A stretch of 28,032 bases of DNA, taken from positions 1-28,032 of the forward strand of contig JACRKZ010000149.1 in the NCBI GenBank assembly GCA_016235455.1, in the 5' to 3' direction. Within the stretch, counting starts at the first letter, position 1. Each line of letters begins with the position of its first letter. Under the pieces are notes generated by a model that did no database searches, was not told where the DNA came from, and saw nothing but the letters and a program-made list of their open reading frames with translations. The position numbers and the translations under genes are program-made. Below, piece by piece: positions 16,095-25,500 of this stretch. The DNA is from Armatimonadota bacterium. Its GTDB lineage: Bacteria; Armatimonadota; UBA10988.

Positions 16095-17810
16095 TCAGCC
16101 CCGGCGCCGGCAGGCGGGCGGCATGTGGCGCAGCTCCCAGCCCTCGCCCCGGTACGCCCAATAGCCGTCCAGGGCGTCGGCCATGGCCACCATCCAGTCG
16201 CGCACGGCGCGTGGCCCACCGGCCAGCTTCAGCCGGTCGAGCGCCAGATCGTCGGCCACGCCGAGGTCGACCTGGCCGCGCCGCGCCAGATCGGCCACCA
16301 CCTCGGCGGCCGACGTGGGCGCGGTGTGGGTCTGCGGCACCTGGCGCCAGAGCCGCGTGTCGTCGGGCGGGATGAGCAACGCCGCGCGCAACGTGCTGCC
16401 CGACCAGTGGCGGAGCACGAGGGCCGTGTACATGGATCGCGGGAAGCGGCGGAGGATCTCGCTACGGCCGATGTAGGCCAACTCTCCGGCCTCGGCCTGG
16501 CCACCATGCAGGATCGGCGCGAAGCCCAACGGCTGGGCTCGCCACAGCGCCAGCGCGTCGGCCTCGGCGGCCGGCGCGGCGGTCACGACGGCGGTGGCGA
16601 CCGCCGACTCCAGGTAGCCTTCCCGGCCGTCAGCGTGCTGGCGGGCCATCATCGCGCGCACCGATAGGCTGCCGGGCTTGTCGGCGACGAACTCAGTGCG
16701 CCTGTCTTGGCCGCCTCCTGGCAGCACGACGGGCGGGTCGGCAGGTAGCCATCCGCCCAGGACGGACAGTCGCCAGCTTCGCTCCTCGCCGGGCGCCAGA
16801 TCGAGGTCGGTGGTCGGTGGGTCGCAGGCCAGGCGCGGCCTGTCGGGTGCTGGCCCTCGCCAGCACGCGGCCGGCCACCAACTGAGGCCGTCGGTGGAGA
16901 ACAGCAACGCCAGATCGGCCGGGTAGCCCGGTGGCAGCCGGCGGTCCCAGCGCCAACGGTCGTCCGGCGGCGGCGGCACCAGTCGGATGAGGCAGGGCTG
17001 CCGGCTGTCGTTGCGCAGGCGCAGGGTGATGTTCACCTCGCCACACTCCGGGATACTGGGCCGGTCGAAGGTGGCGGTGAGCCGCGCGACGTCGCTCGGC
17101 GGTGGTGCCGGCTGGGGCTCCGGCCCATCGTCCAGCGCCGGCGGCGGGTCGGCGAACGGTGGGTAGCTGACCACCCAGCGAGACAGCCGGCCGAAGTACG
17201 TCGCCGCGTAGCGACCGCGCAACTCGTGTGCGGCGGAGCTGGTGCCGAAGCTGTCTGTCGCTTGGCCAGAGGCGAGCAGGGCCAGCCATGTGTCGTACGC
17301 GCCACGCTCGGTCGCCGGCAGCGCCACGACGGTGATCGGCACCGTGTTGGAGCAACTGACGACCCCGCTGTACGCGAAGGGCTCTGCCGACCAGCGCACG
17401 TACCACGTGCCCGGCTGGTCGAAGACCGGTTTCCGGCTTGTGGGCACTGGCCAGCGCTGACACAGCAGGACTTTGCGTGATGCGCTTGCGCCTGGCTCCA
17501 GGTGGATGATGCGACCGCTTGGCACGCACGGCAGCGGGCTCACCGGGTACTGCCATTCCTGCCCGTCGCGCGACAGCCCAATGCCGGTCTGGCTGTCGTC
17601 GAAGAACATCTCGGGGTAGTCGATGGCGACGGCAGCCCGGTTGGTGATCTGCGTCGTCACCTGGACCAGGCCGCCCACCGGGATGTGCGTGGGCGAGCAG
17701 GTGATGTGGTAGGCCAGCGGCGCCGCAGCCGCGGCCGGCTGAGCGCCGACGGCGCGCAGCAAGGCGGTCAGGAGGAGCAAGCGCCGGCACGTCGGCGGCA
17801 GAGTCGGCAT
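16095..17810 (-). CDS. Secreted hypothetical protein with two tandem Ig-like/beta-sandwich modules
   Basis: Start reassigned to the ATG at 17810, giving the signal peptide MPTLPPTCRRLLLLTALLRAVGAQPAAA. The longer ORF would overlap the opposite-strand gene. Two similar modules are separated by a Pro-rich linker. Confidence 0.65.
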   Translation of the reverse strand: MPTLPPTCRRLLLLTALLRAVGAQPAAAAAPLAYHITCSPTHIPVGGLVQVTTQITNRAAVAIDYPEMFFDDSQTGIGLSRDGQEWQYPVSPLPCVPSGRIIHLEPGASASRKVLLCQRWPVPTSRKPVFDQPGTWYVRWSAEPFAYSGVVSCSNTVPITVVALPATERGAYDTWLALLASGQATDSFGTSSAAHELRGRYAATYFGRLSRWVVSYPPFADPPPALDDGPEPQPAPPPSDVARLTATFDRPSIPECGEVNITLRLRNDSRQPCLIRLVPPPPDDRWRWDRRLPPGYPADLALLFSTDGLSWWPAACWRGPAPDRPRLACDPPTTDLDLAPGEERSWRLSVLGGWLPADPPVVLPGGGQDRRTEFVADKPGSLSVRAMMARQHADGREGYLESAVATAVVTAAPAAEADALALWRAQPLGFAPILHGGQAEAGELAYIGRSEILRRFPRSMYTALVLRHWSGSTLRAALLIPPDDTRLWRQVPQTHTAPTSAAEVVADLARRGQVDLGVADDLALDRLKLAGGPRAVRDWMVAMADALDGYWAYRGEGWELRHMPPACRRRG

Positions 17811-17864
17811 GATGGGTCCCCTGGGCCACGGATTCCGTGTGCGGCGGCGGCCTCCTCCAAGCGG

Positions 17865-17891
17865 TTGACCGCCGCGCGGAGCGGGTATCAT
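17865..17891 (+). promoter_or_regulatory. Putative sigma70 promoter (TTGACC...TATCAT)
   Basis: Near-consensus hexamers upstream of the ATG at 17910, but the spacer is only 15 nt. Confidence 0.4.
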
Positions 17892-17909
17892 GCCCCCAGG
17901 TGGACAGCC

Positions 17910-18389
17910 ATGCGTGGTGGACGAGTTCTGGTGGTGGTGCTGCTGCTGGGCGCCGCGGGCGCCGGCGTGCTCTGGCTGCTGCGGCCGCCGCCGCGCGCGG
18001 AGCAGGCCGTGCCCGCGGCCATCAAGACCTTCTGCGATAACGTCGGACAGTGGCGCGTGCATGAGGCCATGGCCGTGGTCTCCAAGCGCTACAAGGGCGA
18101 TCTGTACTCACGCGGCGATATCGCGCGTGGGCTGATGCAGATGCGCACCACCTGGAAGACGTTCCGCATCTACGTGGCCGGCGTGCAGGTCATCCCCGGC
18201 GGCGACGGCAAGTCGGCCACGGCGCTGGTCGATGTCAGCCTGACCGGCGTGCAGAACAATGGCGGTGAGGAGCACCTCGGCGAGGACAAGCCCGTGCGCG
18301 TCACCTCGCACTGGGAGCTCGAGGGCCGGGACTGGCGCTGCGTGTCCACCGCCAACACCCCCGGCGTCGGCACCGAGGGGTTCTACTGA
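17910..18389 (+). CDS. Membrane-anchored NTF2/SnoaL-like (DUF4440-like) protein
   Basis: Start at ATG 17910 (MRGGRVLVVVLLLGAAGAGVLWLL). Pattern AIKTF...AMAVVSKRY...DGKSATALVDV...WELEGRDWRCVS fits an NTF2-like fold. Strong GC3 codon bias. Confidence 0.75.
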   Translation: MRGGRVLVVVLLLGAAGAGVLWLLRPPPRAEQAVPAAIKTFCDNVGQWRVHEAMAVVSKRYKGDLYSRGDIARGLMQMRTTWKTFRIYVAGVQVIPGGDGKSATALVDVSLTGVQNNGGEEHLGEDKPVRVTSHWELEGRDWRCVSTANTPGVGTEGFY

Positions 18390-18390
18390 T

Positions 18391-19899
18391 CTACCGCCGT
18401 CGATAGATATCGATGCTGGGCAGCAGATAGAGCCAGTCGTGCTGCCGCCGGCCCAGGCCCGTCTCGCGCCAACCGGGCAGGATGGTCGCGCGGTTGGCGA
18501 AGCTGACCACGCGCTCGTAGTCGCGGGTCAGCGCCGCCCAGCGCTGCGGCTCGGCATGGTAGCGCTCCAGGCGCTTGGTCTCGTTGACCGCCAGCCAGCG
18601 CGGCGGGTCGGCCGGCCAGGCGTCGGGGTCGGAGCGCAGGTCCCAGCGGCTGCCGTCGGCCGGGCCGGGCACCGGGTGGCCCGAGTTGTTGGGCCGCAAC
18701 GGCACCGACCAGAACCAGGTCCGCTCGATCTCGCCCACACTCTCGCCGCCGGGAATGTTGGCCGCGCACCACGCCGCGGCGCGGTCGCGGGCGTCGTCGC
18801 CGGCCATCATGGCCACCAGCGCGCGGCTGCGCAGGCCGGGGCCCAGCAGCAGCGCCAGCAGCACTGCCGCTCGCCAGCGCTGGGGCGCGGCGCGCACCGC
18901 TTCGGCGGCGGCCAGTGCCAGCACCGGCAGCAGCGGCAGCCAGTAGCGGATGAACAGCTCCTTGGTGCGGCCCATGGCCAGCAGGCACAGCGCCGCCCAC
19001 AGCAGCAGCGGCCAGGCCTCGCGACGCCGCGCCAGGCGCGCCAGCCCGACGGTCGCGGCCAGCGCCAGGAGCGTGCCCGCCGCCGTGGGCAGGTTGTCGC
19101 GCAGGTGGAACCACCAGCCTGGCCCCACGCCCACGAACAGGTTGCTGGCGCGCGGATGCTCGATCAACTCGAAGCGGATCTGCGCCCAGGCTTGTGGGTC
19201 GATGAACACAAAGGGCGAGGTGGCCACGAAGACCAGCGCCGCGAGCCCGACCGCGGCCACAGCCTCCACCGCGGGCCGCCGGCCCAACCACAGGCCGAGC
19301 AGCAGCGGCAGCAGCACCAGCACACCGTTGTACTTGGTGCCGGCGGCCAGCCCGCAGGCCACGGCGCCGATCCACAGCCAGCGGCGCGACGCCCCCGGCC
19401 CGGCCAGTTCCACCGCCGCCCACAGCGCCAGTGCGCACCAGGTGGTCAGCGGTACATCGACCGTGGCGAAATGGCTGTTGACCACGGCCAACGGTAGCAC
19501 CGCCAGACAACCCGCCGCGGCCAGCCCAAAGCGCGGCGAGACCAGCCGGCGGCCCAGCCCGAAGACCAGCGCCACGCCGGCCGTGCCCAGCGCCACGGTC
19601 ACCAGCCGCGCCAGCACGTACCACAGCCCGAGGCTGTCGCCACTCGGCGCGAGGATTAGGCTAACGAGCTTCAGAAAGCCATAGACGAGGTAGATGGTGA
19701 GGCTTGGGTAGTTGAAGAAGCGCGGGTTGTGCTCGCCGCTGACGACCATGCGCAGGGCGGTGTCGACGGTGGACCATTCGTCGGGGTGGTAGCTCTTGAG
19801 GTGGATGCCGTTGGGTACACCCCAGGCCAGCCCGCCGAGGCGCAGGGCCAGGGCCAGGGCCACGATGCCAACCAGTGCCAGTCGCTCATGCCGGGTCAT
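18391..19899 (-). CDS. GT-C fold membrane glycosyltransferase (ArnT/PMT, GT39/GT83-like)
   Basis: LALRLGGLAWG, HPDE in the first external loop, NPRFFNYPSL, SHFATVDV, GLAAGTKYNG and about 11 hydrophobic segments. Confidence 0.88.
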   Translation of the reverse strand: MTRHERLALVGIVALALALRLGGLAWGVPNGIHLKSYHPDEWSTVDTALRMVVSGEHNPRFFNYPSLTIYLVYGFLKLVSLILAPSGDSLGLWYVLARLVTVALGTAGVALVFGLGRRLVSPRFGLAAAGCLAVLPLAVVNSHFATVDVPLTTWCALALWAAVELAGPGASRRWLWIGAVACGLAAGTKYNGVLVLLPLLLGLWLGRRPAVEAVAAVGLAALVFVATSPFVFIDPQAWAQIRFELIEHPRASNLFVGVGPGWWFHLRDNLPTAAGTLLALAATVGLARLARRREAWPLLLWAALCLLAMGRTKELFIRYWLPLLPVLALAAAEAVRAAPQRWRAAVLLALLLGPGLRSRALVAMMAGDDARDRAAAWCAANIPGGESVGEIERTWFWSVPLRPNNSGHPVPGPADGSRWDLRSDPDAWPADPPRWLAVNETKRLERYHAEPQRWAALTRDYERVVSFANRATILPGWRETGLGRRQHDWLYLLPSIDIYRRR

Positions 19900-19906
19900 G
19901 GGCGGC

Positions 19907-19915
19907 AGCTTAGCA
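19907..19915 (-). promoter_or_regulatory. Extended -10 element (TGCTAAGCT), probable leaderless promoter for the GT-C gene
   Basis: TGnTAnnnT exactly 7 nt before the ATG at 19899, with no Shine-Dalgarno sequence. Confidence 0.5.
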
Positions 19916-19923
19916 CTGTCAGC

Positions 19924-20670
19924 CTAGCCCGCCGCCAGGAAATCCAGAATCCGCCGCGCGTGATGGTCGAAGGTCAGCCCGGCCACCACGCGTTCGCGCG
20001 CGCGGTTGGCCAGCCGGCGGCGCAGGTCGCCATGGTCGAGCAGGAGTTGGGCCAGTTCGGCCAGCTCCGCGCCGCCATTGGTAAACGCGATGGTATCGCC
20101 GAACAGCTTCTCGGCCGTGGGCACGCGGTCCGAGAGGATGGCCGCGCCACAGCAGGTGGCCTCCCACAAGCGCGAGGTGGGCACGTCGTTGTTCCGGTGC
20201 CAGGCGGTGTGCGCCGAGAGCACGAGGCTGCAGCTGGAGTAGAGCGCTGGCACATCGTTGGGGTTGATGCGGCCTTTGAGACAGCCCGAGTCGGCCAGCT
20301 CCGGCTCGCGTTCCCAGCCACTGCCATAGATGGCCAGGCCGAGGGGCAGCAGCGGCAGCAGGTAGCGCTCAACCTCGTCGCGGGTGCGGGCTTCCTCGAC
20401 GGGCCCGTCGGGCGGATTGAGGCGCGGCGCCTGGAACCACCACACCTGCCGCGGACCGGCCACCACGCGACACTCGGGGTAGGGGTAGAAGCTGAGCACC
20501 AGGTCGAGGTTGTCGTGGATGGTGCCCACGCTGTAGATCTCCGCCTCGGCCACGTCGGGCTGGCGGCGCAGGGCCTCGGCCAGGCCCACGGCCATCACCT
20601 CGTCGCCCCACACGGCGCCGGTATAGGTGTTGATCACCGGGAGTTGCAGCCCGATGCGCAGTCCGCTCAT
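19924..20670 (-). CDS. Small glycosyltransferase (Glyco_trans_1_2/CgeB-like GT-B)
   Basis: WGDEVMAVGLAEAL, LAIYGSGW, LYSSCSLVLSAH...SRLWEATCCGAAILSD and TFDHHARRIL. ATGA overlap with the upstream gene. Confidence 0.8.
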   Translation of the reverse strand: MSGLRIGLQLPVINTYTGAVWGDEVMAVGLAEALRRQPDVAEAEIYSVGTIHDNLDLVLSFYPYPECRVVAGPRQVWWFQAPRLNPPDGPVEEARTRDEVERYLLPLLPLGLAIYGSGWEREPELADSGCLKGRINPNDVPALYSSCSLVLSAHTAWHRNNDVPTSRLWEATCCGAAILSDRVPTAEKLFGDTIAFTNGGAELAELAQLLLDHGDLRRRLANRARERVVAGLTFDHHARRILDFLAAG

Positions 20671-22508
20671 TGGCCCACCACCTTCCGCCAGATGCGCTCG
20701 ACCACATGCCGCGCGGTGTAGTGCTCGGCGACGAAGGCCTTGGCGTGCGCGGCCACCTGCTGCCGCACGGCGTCGTTGGCCAACAGCGCGCGGATGGACT
20801 CGGCGGCGCTCGCGCGGTCGATGACCAGCAGCAGGTCATCACGCGCCAGCTCGCTGCCGGGGGTCAACGGCTCGGTCACCACCACGGCGCCGCAGGCCAT
20901 GGCTTCCACCACGCGCAGCTCGGTGTTGGGCAGCGCCGTGAAGTGCAGGTTGAGCACCAGCTTGGCGCGGTTGAGCAGCTGAATGTAGTCGTCGCCCCAG
21001 GCCTGCGCCGCGGTGACCTTGACCCCGCCGGCCTCGATGGCGCGAATCCACTCGGTGCGGTGCTGCGAGACATTGCCCACGAACAGCAGATCGATGTCGC
21101 GCTCCAAGCCCAGATCGCGGTGGAAGGTCGGGGAGTAGGGCAGCGGCACCACAGCGGTCAGGTTGCGGTGGCCGCGATCCAACAGGAACTCGAGGGCATG
21201 AGCATCGTGCAGGATGACATGGTCGTAGGCGTCGGCCGCCTCGCAGTACTCCGCGTAGCGCTTCTCGGCGTGCGGGTCGGTGGCGGCCAAGGTGGGCAGC
21301 ACCTCGGGGCTGTAGAGCACGGTGGTCGCGCGCAGGGCCGCCACCAGGTCGGCGCTCAAGCCGCCGCGGTCGACCAGCACCACGTCCTGTCGGCCGGCGC
21401 CGTTCAGCAGGCCGATGGCGGTCTGCGGCGAGCGCAGATCGACGGCCACCGGGTTCAGCCCGGCCTCGCGCGCGCCCGCCACCAGCCAGGGTGGCATGTA
21501 GATGGGCAGATGCTGGCCCACCACCAGCAGGCGCGGTTCACGACAGTGCAGCGGCTGCTCGACCGCCTCGGTGGTCAGCGTCTCGGCGGCGCCGAGCTCG
21601 TCACCCAGCGTGCCCAGGTCAAACGCGTCGAGCGCGGCCAGGCTCAGCGCCACGCCGGCCTGGGCCAGGCGGTGCAGCCCGGCCAGCTCGGCGGACTCCG
21701 GCGCGCGGGCCAGCCGCACCTCGACCGCGGCAGCGCGGGTCAAGGCCTCCCAGGCCGCGGGGTCGGTCGGTCCATCCAGCGTCAGCCGCACCGCCCAAGG
21801 CCAGTCGAGCCCCGCCAGCGCGGTGCCCAGGTCGGCCAGGTAACCTGCTTCAGAAGCCAGATCGGTATCTTGGATGAGGAGGTGCGTCAGCCGCGGATAG
21901 GCGCGCTGGCAGAAGGCCAGGTCGTCCAGCAGCCAGGCGGCGCCATGGCGCCGGCCGGGTCCGCGACCGGCCTGCTGCACCAATTGCGGGCCGTCGGGCA
22001 GGCCCGGCAGCGGCAGACGGTAGCGGTGCACCGAGTAGTCGCGATAGGGTCGCGGCAGGCTGTCCAGATCGGGCAGCGGGTCGGCCGGATACACGGTCGG
22101 CGCGTCGAGCGCGCAAGCCGCCAGGAGGCCGAGTTCGGGCTCGCCGCAGACGACGGCGCGCACATTGGGCAACTCGAGGAACAGCTCCGCGGCGCGGGCA
22201 TCGCCCGACCACAGCACGATGACTGGCCGCGCGGCCACGGCGATGAGGGGCAGGTCGCCGTCGATGGTCTCGGGTGCGGCGGCGATGGCCACGACGTCGG
22301 TGACCAACTCGGCAATGCGAGTCAGGCAGCCGGCCTCGCTCTCACCGCTGGCCACGGAGTCGACCAGCCAGGCCTGCGTGTCGGGCTGGGCCATGAGCCA
22401 GCCGGTGGCCTCGGCCAGCCGCGCCGGCCAGGGCACCTGCCCAGCGCGGCCGCGTATCGCGGCGGCCGCGCTGGGCGGATGGCACACTTGCACACGGGTT
22501 ATGCTCAT
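20667..22508 (-). CDS. Fusion protein: degenerate B12-binding/radical SAM-like N-terminus + Glyco_trans_1_2/CgeB-like glycosyltransferase
   Basis: C-terminal GT motifs DIDLLFVGN and LNRAKLVLNLH...RVVEAMACGAVVVTE. The N-terminal ~320 aa align by eye with the B12/rSAM part of the upstream gene (LVDSVASG, VVCGEPE, LPDLDSLPRPYR, AGRG) but lack CxxxCxxC. Confidence 0.8.
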   Translation of the reverse strand: MSITRVQVCHPPSAAAAIRGRAGQVPWPARLAEATGWLMAQPDTQAWLVDSVASGESEAGCLTRIAELVTDVVAIAAAPETIDGDLPLIAVAARPVIVLWSGDARAAELFLELPNVRAVVCGEPELGLLAACALDAPTVYPADPLPDLDSLPRPYRDYSVHRYRLPLPGLPDGPQLVQQAGRGPGRRHGAAWLLDDLAFCQRAYPRLTHLLIQDTDLASEAGYLADLGTALAGLDWPWAVRLTLDGPTDPAAWEALTRAAAVEVRLARAPESAELAGLHRLAQAGVALSLAALDAFDLGTLGDELGAAETLTTEAVEQPLHCREPRLLVVGQHLPIYMPPWLVAGAREAGLNPVAVDLRSPQTAIGLLNGAGRQDVVLVDRGGLSADLVAALRATTVLYSPEVLPTLAATDPHAEKRYAEYCEAADAYDHVILHDAHALEFLLDRGHRNLTAVVPLPYSPTFHRDLGLERDIDLLFVGNVSQHRTEWIRAIEAGGVKVTAAQAWGDDYIQLLNRAKLVLNLHFTALPNTELRVVEAMACGAVVVTEPLTPGSELARDDLLLVIDRASAAESIRALLANDAVRQQVAAHAKAFVAEHYTARHVVERIWRKVVGQ

Positions 22509-22538
22509 GTCAGCGCGCGCTCCGGGGCCCGGGCCGAG

Positions 22539-25500
22539 CTAGTTGCCCTTGATCCTGGCCAGCAGCTTGGCCAGTGACGGCGCCATGCTCTTGGCCAGCG
22601 ACACGAACAGCTCGTGGTTGAAGCCCTGCATGGAGCATTCGGCCTGCAGGCCATTCTCCTTGGCCCAGCCCAGCAGCAGTTCGTCGTCCCAGCCCTGAGG
22701 CAGGCTCTCGGGCCCGGTCCGGCCGAGCACGAGTCGGCCGCCAGGGGCCAGCCGTGCTGGCAGCTGGTCCATCCAGCCCTCGGCCAGCACGCGGTTGACC
22801 GGGGTGGAGAGCACCAGCAGATCGACCGACTCGGGCGGTAGCTGGTCCAGTTCGGCGGCGTCGGCCACGTAGGTCGTGGGCACGTCGCGACCGATCTGCT
22901 GACGGGCCTGACGGCACGTGGTGTGCAGCGCCCAGCGCCAGTGCGCCTCAAGCAGCACGGACTCCAGTTCGTCCTTGCTCAGGTACTGGCCCTTGACCAC
23001 GGTGTAACGCGCGCCGTCGAACTGCTTCCAGTCCGTGGTCAGCAGCGTGCCGTCGCGCACGGCGTCGGCATACATGCTGGTGCCGGGGAAGGGCGTCATC
23101 AGCGAGAACTGCACGGTGTCCGGGTCCAGCTCCAGTGCCAGGTCCATGGTGCGGCGCGCCGACTCGTAGGTCTCGCCCGGTCCGCCGAAGCTGAAGGTCA
23201 GGTGCACGCCGAGGCCCAGCTCCTTGCACCAGCGCACCGCCTGGGCCACCTTGTCCAGGTCCAGGTTCTTCTTGATGCGCTGCATCATCTCCACATCGCC
23301 GGTCTCGACGCCGAACTTGATGCCCACCAGGCCCGCGCGCTTCATGGCTTCGAAGGCCTCGCGGCTGGAGGTGTCGGCGCGGCCCATGGCCGTGATCGGC
23401 ACGCCGAAGTGCGCCGCCTCGATGCGGTTGCACAGGTCGATGATGCGGTTGTCCTGGATGTTGAAGGTGTCGTCGTCGTAGTAGATCGCCTTGAAGCCGT
23501 AGCGATCCAGCAGGAAGGCCATCTCGGCGACGATCTCCTCGTTGTCGCGGGTGCGGTACGAGTGGCTGTTGTAGACCACCTGGGGCCAGACGCAGAAGAT
23601 GCACTGGAAGGGGCAGCCGCGGCTGGCGTGCATCTGCACGTTGGGCCAGGGCATGGCGCCGGCGAAGCTGTCGAAGTAGTTGTACATCGGCAGCGTGGTG
23701 CGGTCCGGCCAGGGGAACTCGCTCATCGGCGGCAAGGGTCGGCGCTCATGGACGGCGTGCACCGTGCCGTCGTCGTCGCGCCACAGCAGGCCCAGGATGC
23801 CTTCGGGATCCTGTCCGTCGCGCAGCCGCTCGCACAGTTCCACGAGGGTTGGCTCAAACTCGCCGAGCAGGATGCCGTCGACTTGCGGCGCCTCGGCCAT
23901 CAGGTCGTCGGCGATGGCCGTGGCGTGCGGCCCGCAGAACAGCAGCTGCGTGCTGTCGCCCAGGCGCTCCTTGAGCCGCAGCGCCCAGTCCTGGTCGATC
24001 TCGTGGCTAGCCGTGGCGGTTTCCATGAGCACCAGATCGGGCTCCCAGCCCTCCAGGCGCCGCATGAACTCGTCGCTGTACAGCCCTTCGGCGATGGCAT
24101 CGACCAGCAGCACCTCGAAACCGCGCTCACGCAGCATGGCCGAGGCGGTGGCCAGGAAGAAGGGGAATGGCACATAGCACGGCACGCGCTGGCCGTGGGC
24201 CTCCTGGGTGAACGGCCAGCGGCTGCCGGCGCGCACGCCGATGCGGTCGCCCTCGGCCCAGGGCGCGTTGACGATGGCCACGCGCGGCCCGCCGGGTCGC
24301 ACCTTGGCGGCGTTGCTCGCCTCGTCGCGCAGCCGGTAGGCCGAGGCCCGGACCATCGACCAGGTGGTGGCGTCCATGGCGGCGTAGACATTGTCCACCG
24401 CGGCCAGGTCGGCCAGTACCGCTTCCTCGTCGCGCGCCATGAGCGCCGTGCCGGGATGGTCGGCGCCGTTCAGGTTGGTCGTCGCCGCGCGGCGCGTGTT
24501 CTCCCAGTTGCAGTACTCGGCCAGCGCCGGGTCGAGCGGCCGGCAGGGGGCCAGATCCTCGTGGATCATCGCCTGCAGGTCCTCGGGCGCGCCGGCACCA
24601 TCGAGCAGCGTGAACAGGCCCAGGTAGACCGCCGCGTGGGTGTCGCCCAGGCAGCGGGCATCGTCGCCCTGCGCCTTGCTGGTGGCCAGGCGCAGATCGC
24701 TCAACATGCGCCAGGGCAGACCGAGGAAGGTCAGGTAGACCAGGTGCCACGAGCGGCGCTCCTGGTCGATGTGCCAGTCATCCTGGTGCCGCGTCATGTT
24801 CTCGGGGAGCTTCTTGATGACGTCGGCCGGCTTGCCCGTGTCGAACACGCCGTAGCGGTACTCAAAGTAGGGGGTGTGGTAGCGCCAGATGGTGCGTAGC
24901 ACCGACTCGAGCGTGTCGCGGCGCAGGTGGCGGCAGCGCGCGGCGGGTTCGTAGGCGAGTCGGTAGCCCTTGGTGCGCACGCGCTCACTGGCGTCGCAGT
25001 CTTCGCCATTGGTGCGATACAGCGGGTCGTGGCCACCGACGCCGAACAGCGCCTCGCGCAGCCAGACGCTGTTGCAGCCGTAGAGGTGGCGCACGTCGTC
25101 GGCGTGGTCGTCACCGTGGTGCTGGCCCATGTGCAGCACGCGCCACTGGTCGGGCAAGGTGGCGTCGTTCAACTCCTCCAGGCGGCCCATGACGCCGCCC
25201 AGGCGCGCGCCGGTGTCCTGGCCGTCCTGGTGGTTGAGCCGCTCGGACTCGAAGTTGAGCATGCAGCGCTCGAGCCAGTAGCGGTCGGGCAGCACGTCGG
25301 CGTCGATATGCGCCAGATACTGGGTGGTGGCCGCCAGCAGCGCGGTGTTGCGCGCGTGGGCCAGGCCGCGGTTGTCGCCGTGAGTGACGATGCGTACCGG
25401 GTATTTGGCGGCCATCTGCACGCTGTCGTCGGTTGAGCCGTCGTCGATGATCAGCAGCTCGGTCAGCGGGTAGCTCTGCTCGAGCACGGCGGGAATGACG

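Noticed and set aside
15606-16099. 8-bp inverted repeat GCTGACCG/CGGTCAGC flanking the antitoxin gene (possible invertible segment)
   Set aside because: It is only 8 bp in GC-rich DNA, both copies are stop-codon contexts, the match does not extend, and no recombinase is present in the window.
22539-24290. Naming the gene hpnJ, or calling it a sulfatase maturase (anSME)
   Set aside because: No hopanoid genes are nearby and it is a large fusion, so only 'HpnJ-like' is supportable. It has a B12-binding domain and no SPASM cysteines, so it is not anSME.
5009-24899. Long alternative ORFs such as 5009..6649+, 11997..13742+, 13598..15160+, 18259..19497+, 20670..22577+ and 22923..24899+
   Set aside because: These are antisense shadows of well-supported genes. 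They are expected at high GC and have no recognisable motifs.
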